Positions 10,223-19,074 of a stretch of DNA of 50,058 nucleotides are shown here, in pieces. Position numbers and translations under genes: made by a program. The stretch is from a bacterium. GTDB taxonomy: Bacteria > Patescibacteriota > Minisyncoccia > Sungbacterales > GWA2-42-14. The stretch covers positions 1-50,058 of the forward strand of contig JAUSFV010000010.1 in assembly GCA_030649305.1 (NCBI GenBank), in the 5' to 3' direction. A model generated the notes under the pieces. The model had not been told where the DNA came from and made no database searches. It was given only the letters and a program-made list of their open reading frames with translations. The stretch's first letter is position 1. Each line of letters starts with the position of its first letter.

Positions 10223-11222
10223 TCCAGACCAGACCGCGATTCCTTTAAAACTCTATAAAGAAGGCACAGCGGACCCACAGTGGTGTCCCGGGTGCGGCGA
10301 CTTTGCGGCACTCTCGGTGTATACGGAAGCACTCCGAGACCTCACGAACCCCGAACTTTTCAACAAACCGTCGTGGGAGGCGTATCGTTCTGTCAAACCA
10401 ATTGATACACCCGACGGCTACTGCCAGAAAACATTTATTGGCGTCGCCCCGCACACCATCGTAACAGACGGCGGTATCGGCTGTATGGGACAGTTCCCGC
10501 AATATGTAAACACGAACGCGGTGAAAATGCCCCATGGACGCCTCCTGCCGTTTGCCGCGGGCCTCAACGCTATGCGGCCCGATCTTACGATCTTCGGCGT
10601 CGGAGGTGATGGCGACGCATTCGCAATTGGCGCTGCGCACATGATAAATTTCCCAGGCTGGGGTTTGAATATCACCTATCTTGTCGCAAACAACCGCGTA
10701 TACGGATTAACCAAAGGACAAACCGCTCCCGGATCGCCGCGAGGGATGGTAACCAAAGGAACACCATACGGGGCCCCACGATATCCCCTTAATTTCGCAA
10801 GGATTGCGGTTTCGTGCGGCTGGACGTTTATCGGACGAATTGCCGTATGCGGAAAAACCAAAGACGGCTTCGATACAAAAAGGCAGGCTGTCGAGGTCAT
10901 GAAAAAAGCGCTCGTACACCGGGGCCCGAGCATAATTATCGATGAAAGCGAGTGTCCAACATATAACAAAGAGATGACCCCGGAATATCTGCGAGAACAC
11001 GTTATGCCCGTTGAAGCGCTCGGCGCGCACGATCCGACCGACGAAAATGCGGCATACCGCCTTGCGGGTCTTGAAGAAAAAGAGGGGAACATCATCCCGA
11101 CCGGCGTCTATTACCATATAGAACGCGAAACATTCCATGAACGCCTCGATATTATCGAGCCGCTACTTATAGCGGGGCGAAACAGAGAAGAGGCAGAAAA
11201 ACTTCTTACTATGTTTGCATAA
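10212..11222 (+). CDS. korB: 2-oxoacid:ferredoxin oxidoreductase beta subunit
   Basis: WCPGCGD, GIGC, HGR, GGDGD...NN TPP motif, YGLTKGQ. AAGGAGGTG SD before the GTG start. Confidence 0.9.
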   Translation: MSTNPDQTAIPLKLYKEGTADPQWCPGCGDFAALSVYTEALRDLTNPELFNKPSWEAYRSVKPIDTPDGYCQKTFIGVAPHTIVTDGGIGCMGQFPQYVNTNAVKMPHGRLLPFAAGLNAMRPDLTIFGVGGDGDAFAIGAAHMINFPGWGLNITYLVANNRVYGLTKGQTAPGSPRGMVTKGTPYGAPRYPLNFARIAVSCGWTFIGRIAVCGKTKDGFDTKRQAVEVMKKALVHRGPSIIIDESECPTYNKEMTPEYLREHVMPVEALGAHDPTDENAAYRLAGLEEKEGNIIPTGVYYHIERETFHERLDIIEPLLIAGRNREEAEKLLTMFA

Positions 11223-11223
11223 T

Positions 11224-11258
11224 AAAAAAATCCTTGGAAATATTCCAGGGATTTTTTC
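11224..11258. terminator. bidirectional intrinsic terminator
   Basis: AAAAAATCCTTGGAA-ATA-TTCCAGGGATTTTTT between convergent genes. Confidence 0.7.
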
Positions 11259-11272
11259 TTTATAAAAAACCA

Positions 11273-11710
11273 CTACGGACGATTAATCAAACCACCGACA
11301 TAGATAGCAAGCGTTGCCAAGCTATTGGTGATAATTAGCTTATACACGTCATCAAAACGATATGCCGGCGAAAAAAAGACGAGAAGCGTTGATACGACCA
11401 GTAACACGAGCCACATCGCAACAAAAAATTCTCCATAGTGTTTACTCTGCTCATGATGATAGCGTTTTCGAATTTCTTTTAAAATCACATATACACCAAG
11501 TCCCCCAAGATACGGCTCCTGCAGGGCATCAAGTAGACCCACAAGTACGGGCCACGATGAAGCCGTACGGAAAAAGAAAAGAAGCGTTAGTGTTCCCCCG
11601 TAAAAATGGGTAAGCGCCCCAATAATAAAATAAAATGCGTCAATTGCGCGATGGCGCATAGTAAGCCGTTCCATAACGCCGCCCCAACCCCCTTGTTTAT
11701 TTTCTTCCAT
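11273..11710 (-). CDS. hypothetical integral membrane protein
   Basis: About four hydrophobic segments. Lies directly downstream of the EamA gene. Confidence 0.7.
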   Translation of the reverse strand: MEENKQGGWGGVMERLTMRHRAIDAFYFIIGALTHFYGGTLTLLFFFRTASSWPVLVGLLDALQEPYLGGLGVYVILKEIRKRYHHEQSKHYGEFFVAMWLVLLVVSTLLVFFSPAYRFDDVYKLIITNSLATLAIYVGGLINRP

Positions 11711-11713
11711 ACA

Positions 11714-12142
11714 CTAAAGCAAAAGCAGGACGACGCCAGCCGCAGTCAAAATAGCGCCGCCAAATTGCAAAATAGTAATTTTTTCTCCGAGAAAAATAAC
11801 GCCGACCAAAACCGCGACCAACACGGAGCCGCCGCCGGTAACGGGTGCGAAAATTGCAACACGCCCCCCGCCCTTAAACACATAAATTGCGATGAGATCA
11901 AACACCGCGAGTGCCAAAGCCGTACAAATCAAGAATAAAAAACTCGCTCGGTCAAAATGAAACACGTCGCGAATCCCCCGAAGGTTAGACAATAAAAGCG
12001 CCAAACCCGCTACGCCAAACGCCGCGTACAACACAAACAGAGAAAATACCGGGTGAAACACGCCCGACCCGAGCTTCAGAAAAACGCGACCGAGCCCGAG
12101 TGCCGCCGCGGCGATAATAGTAAGCATCAAAATATAATTCAT
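11714..12142 (-). CDS. EamA/DMT family small membrane transporter
   Basis: About five TM segments. C-terminal FLGEKIT...GAIL..AGV signature. Confidence 0.8.
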   Translation of the reverse strand: MNYILMLTIIAAAALGLGRVFLKLGSGVFHPVFSLFVLYAAFGVAGLALLLSNLRGIRDVFHFDRASFLFLICTALALAVFDLIAIYVFKGGGRVAIFAPVTGGGSVLVAVLVGVIFLGEKITILQFGGAILTAAGVVLLLL

Positions 12143-12159
12143 ATGAGAGACGCGCTGTC

Positions 12160-12199
12160 AATAACATTCCAACATTCTCAAGAATGTTGGAATGTTATT
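12160..12199. repeat. perfect 19-bp inverted repeat
   Basis: AATAACATTCCAACATTCT-CA-AGAATGTTGGAATGTTATT, abutting the ruvA stop. Confidence 0.9.
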
Positions 12200-12782
12200 A
12201 TTTCCCGCCGCCAAGCTTTTTAAGCGCCGCTTTTACACGCTTTTCGGCGCCAACGATTTCTTCGGGGATTTGTTGAAGCGCCTCGCGCGCTTCGCGCTGT
12301 GAATACCCAAGTTGCACCAACGCATCAAGTGCGTCCGCCTCTTCTTTAAGCTCCGGCGCCTCCATACTGGAAACGCCTCGGCCCGCCATTTTTTCACGAA
12401 GTTCCAAAATTATTTTTTCCGCGGTTTTTCTTCCAATGCCGGAGACACGGGTAAGATATGAGGTATCACCCGAGGCAATTGCTTTTTTAAGCGTATCCAC
12501 GGGCGCTACCCCCAATACGCCAAGGGCGCCCTTGGGGCCTATGCCTGAGATACCGATAAGTGTTTCAAAAAGTTCAAGCTCGGCAAAATGCAAAAAACCA
12601 TAAAGTTCCAGCGCGTCTTCCCGCACATACTGATGCGTCCATATTTTGACATTCGCTTCTTTTTCTGGTATTTTATGTAATGTTTCTGCGCCAGCAAAAA
12701 TTTTGTAGCCAACACCGGCCACATTCATAATAAAAAACTTTTCGGCTTTCAGTTCAATTGTGCCTTCAAGAAAAGAAATCAT
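12198..12782 (-). CDS. ruvA: Holliday junction branch migration protein RuvA
   Basis: MISFLEG, GVGY, LYGF, two HhH motifs (SGIGPK, SGIGRKTAEKI), ALVQLGY. True start at ATG 12782. Confidence 0.95.
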   Translation of the reverse strand: MISFLEGTIELKAEKFFIMNVAGVGYKIFAGAETLHKIPEKEANVKIWTHQYVREDALELYGFLHFAELELFETLIGISGIGPKGALGVLGVAPVDTLKKAIASGDTSYLTRVSGIGRKTAEKIILELREKMAGRGVSSMEAPELKEEADALDALVQLGYSQREAREALQQIPEEIVGAEKRVKAALKKLGGGK

Positions 12783-12789
12783 TGATAAT

Positions 12790-12849
12790 AATCCGAATCT
12801 ATGAATAGTATGCGAATGCCACGAATGAATGGGTGATTCGTATATTTGT
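12790..12849. repeat. degenerate CGAAT tandem-repeat hairpin upstream of ruvA
   Basis: ccgaat...atgaat...gcgaat...acgaatgaat followed by attcgtatatttgt. Confidence 0.6.
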
Positions 12850-13024
12850 CCCGACGTTTCTCCTAAAATCTGCAATAAAGAAGTCGGGATCCCACTATCC
12901 TTTATTATAACTCTAAAGTAGATAGCGGGATAGATTAGTATAAAATTTGTAGATTTGCATTATACAAGCGAAGCACAAAAAAAGCCGATATCCAAATTCA
13001 GGATACCGGCGCAAAAACTAGTTA

Positions 13025-13534
13025 TCAGCGCTCAATTACGACCACCAAAGATGCAATCGGCGCCTTTCCCTTATACAGGACAAATACGAGATTGCACGCT
13101 TCTTCTGTGTCGCAGTCAAAAACTTTTGCGATATCATCTCCCTGCTTCCAAGCGCCATCGATAAACAAATAATATCGTATGCCGTTTGGAGAGGCAATTG
13201 CTCCGTATACTCGTTTCCCGCCAGCATCATCCATAAAACCATAGGAGACAAGCGCGGCAATACAATTGGGATTCTCAATCTTTTTAATGCCGACAAAGAT
13301 TCGCTTTTCCGGATCGGGAAAATAACTAAGGCGATGCTCATAAATACGATACAATCCCCTTTCTTTAATCTTAATTTCATGCATCGCCCACGCGGAATTA
13401 TCTGGATCAAATTCCATGGGGCACGAATCTAATTTCTCCACGGCAAATGCCGTCGAAACAGACGCTAAAATCGTAAGTAAAAGAACAAAAACGCCAAGCC
13501 TACCCGGAATCTTCATTTTCCCCCTCCTTTTCAT
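13025..13534 (-). CDS. hypothetical secreted protein
   Basis: Signal peptide-like N-terminus (basic, hydrophobic, AFA) and four Cys. Confidence 0.65.
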   Translation of the reverse strand: MKRRGKMKIPGRLGVFVLLLTILASVSTAFAVEKLDSCPMEFDPDNSAWAMHEIKIKERGLYRIYEHRLSYFPDPEKRIFVGIKKIENPNCIAALVSYGFMDDAGGKRVYGAIASPNGIRYYLFIDGAWKQGDDIAKVFDCDTEEACNLVFVLYKGKAPIASLVVVIER

Positions 13535-13561
13535 ATCGATTATTTTAATATTATTTATTAT

Positions 13562-15589
13562 ATGAAATTCATCCTAAAAAGTCAATATAAACCGACTGGA
13601 GACCAACCGAGTGCCATCAACCAATTAACGGCAAACGTAAACACGGGCACACAACACCAAGCCCTGCTTGGCGTGACGGGTTCAGGAAAGACATTCACGA
13701 TGGCGAATGTAATTGAGCGTGTGCAAAAACCGACCCTCGTGATTTCGCACAACAAAACCCTAGCCGCACAGCTCTATCAGGAATTCAAAGAATTTTTTCC
13801 GGAGAATGCCGTACACTATTTTGTTTCCTATTACGACTACTATCAACCCGAAGCATATCTCCCCCAAACCGACACCTATATAGAAAAGGATGCAAAAATA
13901 AACGAGATGATTGATTCTCTGCGCCATGCCGCAACCGCTGATTTACTGATACGTGATGACGTAATCATTGTTGCTTCGGTCTCCTGCATCTACGGCATCG
14001 GAAGTCCCGAAGAATACAAAAAGGCGAGTATGGAAATAAAAATGGGGCAGAACATTTCACCCAAAACCCTCGCGCGCGATTTGGTGCTTTTGCAATACCG
14101 CCGCAACGACTACGACCCGCAGCGTGGAGAGTTTCGCATGCGCGGAGAACAGACGGAAATCTATTCGCCGTCGGGCGAAGAAATAATTGACATTGAATTT
14201 TCCGGCAACGCCGTCGTGTCAATCAAAAAACGGAAACAAAAAGAGGGGGGGCTACAAACTACAAGCCACCCTAGGGCGACCGCGCCCGGGCTAGCCAAGC
14301 TACAAGCTACTCACGTCTTCCCCGCAAAACACTTCGTAACCCCGAAGCAGAAACTCGCCTTTGCCATCCGTAATATTAAAAAAGAACTAAAGGAACGCCT
14401 CGTGGAATTAAAAAAGCGCGGCCACCCGCTTGAAGCCGAGCGCCTGAAACAGCGCACGAATTTTGATATGGAGATGCTCGAAAAAACGGGTTACGTAAAC
14501 GGCATTGAAAACTACTCGCGCCACTTGGATTTCCGGGAATCGGGCACTCCACCCTCAACACTCCTTGATTATTTTCGATATCGCGACACCAATACACGAA
14601 TGCACACGAATGACACAAATGTGCCACCCGATTTTCTTACCATCATCGACGAGTCCCATGTAACTATCCCGCAAATCCGCGGGATGTATTATGGTGACAA
14701 GGCGCGCAAAACTACGCTTGTTGAATACGGCTTCCGCCTGCCCTCCGCAATTGATAATCGCCCGCTAAAATTTGATGAATTTAATAAAAAAATTGGGCAA
14801 ACAGTCTATGTCTCAGCAACGCCCGCCGACTATGAACTGGAAAAATCAAAATCCCGCGTCGTCCAACAAATCATACGGCCAACCGGCATCCTTGACCCCG
14901 ACGTGGAGGTGCGCCCGACAAAAAACCAGATTAGAGATGTCATCAAAGAAATCAAAAAGCGCGTCGCGAAAAAAGAGCGCTCGCTCGTTATGGCGCTCAC
15001 CAAACGCCTCGCCGAAGACATTGCCGAATATCTGACGGAGGCGGGTATTAAAGCGGAATATCTCCACTCGGAAATTAAAACGCTTGAGCGCTCTGAAATC
15101 CTAAAAAAACTCCGCACAGGAGAACACGACGTTCTTGTTGGTATTAACCTTCTCCGCGAAGGCCTGGACTTGCCCGAAGTATCGTTCATCGCGATACTGG
15201 ACGCGGACAAAGAGGGGTTTTTGCGAAACGAAACAACGCTTCTCCAAATTATCGGAAGAGCAGCGCGCCACACCGATGGCAAAGTAATTTTATACGGCGA
15301 CACCATCACGAAATCAATGAGGGCCGCAATTCACGAAACCAAACGGCGCAGAAAAATTCAAGATGCATATAATAAAGCACACGGCATCACCCCGCAACAA
15401 ATTGAAAAAGCAATCCGAAAATCAATTTTGGAAGAGCAAAAACGGGAGGAAGAATTTCCGATTCTTGAGGGTACCGCCGGAGAAATAGCGAAGTCGCTTG
15501 AAAAAGAAATGCGCCGAGCCGCGCGGGAGCTCAATTTTGAATTGGCCGCAAAAATTAGAGATCGTATCAAGCGGATGAACGCGATTTGA
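13562..15589 (+). CDS. uvrB: excinuclease ABC subunit B
   Basis: GVTGSGKT, YYDYYQPEAY beta-hairpin, DESH, LLREGLD, C-terminal UVR domain. Confidence 0.97.
   Translation: MKFILKSQYKPTGDQPSAINQLTANVNTGTQHQALLGVTGSGKTFTMANVIERVQKPTLVISHNKTLAAQLYQEFKEFFPENAVHYFVSYYDYYQPEAYLPQTDTYIEKDAKINEMIDSLRHAATADLLIRDDVIIVASVSCIYGIGSPEEYKKASMEIKMGQNISPKTLARDLVLLQYRRNDYDPQRGEFRMRGEQTEIYSPSGEEIIDIEFSGNAVVSIKKRKQKEGGLQTTSHPRATAPGLAKLQATHVFPAKHFVTPKQKLAFAIRNIKKELKERLVELKKRGHPLEAERLKQRTNFDMEMLEKTGYVNGIENYSRHLDFRESGTPPSTLLDYFRYRDTNTRMHTNDTNVPPDFLTIIDESHVTIPQIRGMYYGDKARKTTLVEYGFRLPSAIDNRPLKFDEFNKKIGQTVYVSATPADYELEKSKSRVVQQIIRPTGILDPDVEVRPTKNQIRDVIKEIKKRVAKKERSLVMALTKRLAEDIAEYLTEAGIKAEYLHSEIKTLERSEILKKLRTGEHDVLVGINLLREGLDLPEVSFIAILDADKEGFLRNETTLLQIIGRAARHTDGKVILYGDTITKSMRAAIHETKRRRKIQDAYNKAHGITPQQIEKAIRKSILEEQKREEEFPILEGTAGEIAKSLEKEMRRAARELNFELAAKIRDRIKRMNAI
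14251..14310 (+). repeat. in-frame GCTACAA heptamer insertion with nested GC-rich hairpin, inside uvrB
   Basis: GCTACAA ACTACAA GCCA[CCCTAGGGCGACCGCGCCCGGG...]AAGCTACAAGCTAC, read as LQTTSHPRATAPGLAKLQAT. Related units at 23285-23311. Confidence 0.65.
14584..14620 (+). repeat. in-frame CACGAAT repeat arm inside uvrB
   Basis: CGACACCAATACACGAATGCACACGAATGACACAAAT nearly matches the intergenic arm at 28225-28258. Confidence 0.8.
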
Positions 15590-15614
15590 CAAATAAGACC
15601 ATTCTTTCTACACT
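15586..15614 (+). promoter_or_regulatory. sigma70 promoter for probably leaderless rpsT
   Basis: TTGACA-17 nt-TACACT, ending 6 nt before ATG 15621. Confidence 0.7.
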
Positions 15615-15620
15615 ACTCTC

Positions 15621-15878
15621 ATGCCTATTACCCAATCAGCCGCAAAGGCCCTGCGACAATCAAAAAAACGGCGCGTCCAAAACCTTACACGAAAAGAGGC
15701 CTTTAAAGATGCGTTAAAAAAAATAAAAAAACTTCTTTCGGAAAAGAAGGCTGATGAAGCAAAAAAATTAATTCCGATCGCCTACAAAGCGCTTGATAAA
15801 GCGGCAAAGACAAACGCCATCAAAAAAAATACCGCGTCCCGAAAAAAAGCGCGCCTCATGAAACTCTTCAGAAAGTAG
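15621..15878 (+). CDS. rpsT: 30S ribosomal protein S20
   Basis: MPITQSAAKALRQS...LDKAAK...IKKNTASRKKARL. Confidence 0.95.
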   Translation: MPITQSAAKALRQSKKRRVQNLTRKEAFKDALKKIKKLLSEKKADEAKKLIPIAYKALDKAAKTNAIKKNTASRKKARLMKLFRK

Positions 15879-15888
15879 AGGTAAAATT

Positions 15889-15954
15889 AAACGCTACCGA
15901 ATACGCCAATGGCGTTTCAATAGCGTATCGTTGGCGTATCTCGTGGCTTCTACG
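15889..15954. repeat. ACGC(C/T)A / T(G/A)GCGT repeat hairpin
   Basis: ~11-nt periodic units ending in TGGCTTCTACG, the same end as the element at 24467-24554. Confidence 0.65.
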
Positions 15955-16930
15955 GCAAAGGAATATCAAAATTGAGCCCCGTTTCCACTATCCTCATGAC
16001 GACTGACTCCGCCGGAAGAGTTCCGGTTTTGGCCAATATATCAGCGGTAAGCAGCCGCTGATATATTTTTTTAAGCTCAACAAGAGAAAAACGACCCGCT
16101 TGTATCATAAGTTTCTTTGCGACAAAAGTATGCATTCCTTCGTTGTTGGCAACACGCGCGCGCTCACCCACGTCTTTCGCTGATTTCAAAAGCAACATTC
16201 CGCGAACCGCGTTAACAAAAACCCCAAGCAATAACACGTCGTCAACGGCAGCAACGTTCTTCAGTGTATGCCACGCGCGCAGAGCATCGCGCCGCCCCTC
16301 AATAACCGCATCCGCAAGATGATATGGCTTTATCGACGAAACGCTGAACGATGAATTCTGAACGCCAAACAGTTCGTCTTTGGCGTTTGGCGTTTGGCGT
16401 TTGGCGTTTAATTGAATGAGCTCATATTTTTCAAGCTCCCGCACCATACGCCACGAATCGCCCCCCGCGGAAAGCAGCGCTTCTGTCGCCTCGCGCCCAA
16501 GCGAAATGCCGCGCTCTCGTGCCTCCTCCGTAATCAACCGCCGCAAAGTAGCGCCGTCGGGTAATGAAAATTCTTGGGTTTTCGCGGAATTTTTTTCCAA
16601 CAATACGGCAGTTTTTTTTCTCTTTTCGGAAATTAGGCGCTCCCAAAATATGATGATGGTATTCGCATCGTCTTTCCACGCGGGAAACCGGACCTCCAGA
16701 AATTTTGTATAGTCCTTTTTCGCAGCAAGCGCGTTTTCAATTACGATAAGCGTTTTTTGCTGAAACAGCGTGGCTGAATGCGGAGGCAATTTTTCAAACA
16801 AATCATCCTCCTCCGTGTCAAGGCGCGTACATCCTAAAACGCCCCCTGATTTTTTCTGGTAGGCGTCAATAAGTTCCCGCAATTTTTTACGGCTCCGATA
16901 GGTATCGGGGCCATGGAGAAAATAAATCAT
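15950..16930 (-). CDS. holA: DNA polymerase III delta subunit
   Basis: MIYFLHGPDTYR, ELEK, H.FVAKK, AD..AKTG. Convergent with rpsT, the typical arrangement. Confidence 0.88.
   Translation of the reverse strand: MIYFLHGPDTYRSRKKLRELIDAYQKKSGGVLGCTRLDTEEDDLFEKLPPHSATLFQQKTLIVIENALAAKKDYTKFLEVRFPAWKDDANTIIIFWERLISEKRKKTAVLLEKNSAKTQEFSLPDGATLRRLITEEARERGISLGREATEALLSAGGDSWRMVRELEKYELIQLNAKRQTPNAKDELFGVQNSSFSVSSIKPYHLADAVIEGRRDALRAWHTLKNVAAVDDVLLLGVFVNAVRGMLLLKSAKDVGERARVANNEGMHTFVAKKLMIQAGRFSLVELKKIYQRLLTADILAKTGTLPAESVVMRIVETGLNFDIPLP
16338..16410. repeat. in-frame heptamer inverted-repeat insertion inside holA
   Basis: Perfect (TTTGGCG)x4 at 16379-16406 facing the degenerate arm AAACGCT GAACGAT GAATTCT GAACGCC AAAC. 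Confidence 0.85.
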
Positions 16931-17075
16931 GCCAATTTTATTTACGAGTGAGGGGAGTAACTATACAATTGAGCACCCCGTGAGATGAGCGCTTCGCGCT
17001 CTATCTCATGGGGTAAAGGTTTGGCAACTGCGATTTTTTTGTCTAACGACTCAAAATCGCAGGCCAAGCCCCTTA
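16928..17075 (-). mobile_element. nested stop-to-start intergenic element, copy A, with 40-bp palindromic cargo at 16975-17014
   Basis: CATGCCAAT...TTGAGC[ACCCCGTGAGAT...ATCTCATGGGGT]AAAGGTTTG...CAAGCCCCTTA. 17015-17075 matches 46036-46096 at 52/61 nt. Confidence 0.8.
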
Positions 17076-17543
17076 TCTCAATTCCGTATACTGCTCACGA
17101 AGCACTTCTCGTATGCGCGAAATAATTTCGTCAGGCGTGAAGTTTGCCTTCACGAGATAATCCGTAGCGCCGAGGTCTTTCGCTTTTTTTACATCCTCCT
17201 GCTGGCCGAGGTTTGTCAAAATAATCACGGGGATTTTAGAAAGTTCCGGCGTGGCGCGGATATGTTTTAATACTTCAAATCCGAGAATGCCCGGGAGAAG
17301 CAGGTCAAGAAGTACCAGGTGTGGCGTTTCTTTTTTAAAAAACGCGAGGGCGGCGTCTCCGTCAATCGCCTCCCGAACAAGAAAGCCCTCTTTCATAAGT
17401 TTTTCAGAAAGAAGCTGGCGCAAAAATTTATCATCCTCCACGACGAGAATAACGGGGGATGCCCGCTGTCCGTCGCGCTCCCCGGAAGAAGGGGTGGGGG
17501 CGATATTTGTTGTTTTTGTATCTGGAAAGGTGTTGTTTTCCAT
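17073..17543 (-). CDS. single-domain response regulator
   Basis: ILVVEDD, LLDLLLP, ILTN, DYLVK receiver motifs. Confidence 0.92.
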   Translation of the reverse strand: MENNTFPDTKTTNIAPTPSSGERDGQRASPVILVVEDDKFLRQLLSEKLMKEGFLVREAIDGDAALAFFKKETPHLVLLDLLLPGILGFEVLKHIRATPELSKIPVIILTNLGQQEDVKKAKDLGATDYLVKANFTPDEIISRIREVLREQYTELR

Positions 17544-17573
17544 ACTAATAAAATTCTGTTGTGTTCGTTCGAT

Positions 17574-18929
17574 CTATCCCCCCATCGGGAACTCTCCAAC
17601 CGGCGGAATAGAAGGAATAAGCGCGTGGTCCGTCGGAATGGTTATAAATACCGTAGTGCCCCTGCCAACCTCCGAATCAACCCATACATCTCCCCCGTGG
17701 GCAAGAATAATATTTTTTACAATAAAAAGTCCAAGCCCCGTGCCTTCGGTCTGCAAACGCACAACGTTATCCCCCCGAAAAAACTTGGTAAAGAGGCGTT
17801 CCAGCTGGTGCGACGGAATACCAACGCCGGTGTCGTGTACCGCGACGCGGACATACGGCGACATGACGTCAAATACAATTTTAATTGTACCACCCGACGG
17901 CGTATATTCAATGGCGTTATCCAACACGTTCGTAAACGCGAGACGAAGTTTCTCCGGATCAAACACGGCGCGCGGCAAAACCTTTTCCTCAAAAATACAA
18001 CGAAGCCCCCGATCCTGCATGCGGGGCAGGAGCTCTCCCACAATCGCTTTGAAGAATTGTACCACATCACCCTCCTGAAACGCATATCCAAACCTTCCTT
18101 CTTCAATGCGGGAGGCGTTGAGTAAATCGTTGACCAAAAGAATCATCCGTTCGTTTGTGCCATACGCCTTCTCCAAAAAATCCCGCTGTTTTGGGGTTGG
18201 GTCGCCAAAGTCTCCGTCAAGAAAAAGCCGCAGTGCCCATTTGACACCCGAAAGCGGCGTGCGAAGCTGGTGCGCCGCGATGGAGATAAATTCCGATTTC
18301 AGACGCCCGATAACTTTTTCGCGCGTACTATCCCGCACGATAAAAATACCCCCCAAAGAAACGCCGTCTTTCCCGCTTAACGGAATAAAAGATACCCACA
18401 AAAAAAGTTCGCGCGGCGCCTGCCCAACCACAATTTCGCGACTCAATGATTCTCGGGGCAGAGGATCGGACGGCGCGCCCGCTTCCCCAACGACGGCAGC
18501 GAGAAATCCAAAAATCGAATCTTTGGTTTTTAACGCCGTTCCGAACGACGGAAGAACACCGACTACGCGCTCGCTCCTGAACGAAAGAAGCTCTTCTGCC
18601 CGTCGGTTCACACGAAGAATGCGGCGCGACGCATCAATTTCCACAAGACCATCCGCGAGATTCGCGATGATTGTCTCGGCGCGTTCGAAAATTTTTTTCA
18701 TTTCCTCAAACGCCCGAACAAAAATCCAGATAAGCCACAGGGCCCAAACAAAAAAGAAAAAAGCGGCGGATCCGAAAAGAACGCCCCAGAGAAACGAACC
18801 GCCGAGAAGAAAAACGGCGGCTCCGAAGGCAAAAAGCGCCCCCGCGAGAAACAGACAAAAAAGCGCGCCAATATAAAGTCCGCGCCCCCCATGTCTTACT
18901 GTAGTGTACCGTTCTTTTTGTTCTGCCAT
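17574..18929 (-). CDS. PAS domain sensor histidine kinase
   Basis: Two TM helices, PAS, H-box AHQLRTP, N/G boxes (NVLDNA, DTGVGI, GTGLGL). Confidence 0.92.
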   Translation of the reverse strand: MAEQKERYTTVRHGGRGLYIGALFCLFLAGALFAFGAAVFLLGGSFLWGVLFGSAAFFFFVWALWLIWIFVRAFEEMKKIFERAETIIANLADGLVEIDASRRILRVNRRAEELLSFRSERVVGVLPSFGTALKTKDSIFGFLAAVVGEAGAPSDPLPRESLSREIVVGQAPRELFLWVSFIPLSGKDGVSLGGIFIVRDSTREKVIGRLKSEFISIAAHQLRTPLSGVKWALRLFLDGDFGDPTPKQRDFLEKAYGTNERMILLVNDLLNASRIEEGRFGYAFQEGDVVQFFKAIVGELLPRMQDRGLRCIFEEKVLPRAVFDPEKLRLAFTNVLDNAIEYTPSGGTIKIVFDVMSPYVRVAVHDTGVGIPSHQLERLFTKFFRGDNVVRLQTEGTGLGLFIVKNIILAHGGDVWVDSEVGRGTTVFITIPTDHALIPSIPPVGEFPMGG

Positions 18930-18963
18930 TACTCTTTAGTATAACAAAAAATAGGATGGCTCG

Positions 18964-19033
18964 CCCTAAACCATTTTGCTCTACAAAATGGTCGGGCGAT
19001 CAATACAGCACACTATGCTGTATTGATTTAGCC
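18964..19033. repeat. two-hairpin structured element, copy A
   Basis: CCCTAAACCA-hairpin-TGGTCGGGCGA-hairpin-TTTAGCC, the same skeleton as 40156-40223. Confidence 0.75.
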
Positions 19034-19074
19034 CCCATAGTACTTTTTGCTTCTGTCGTGCGTGTTTCTGCGCT

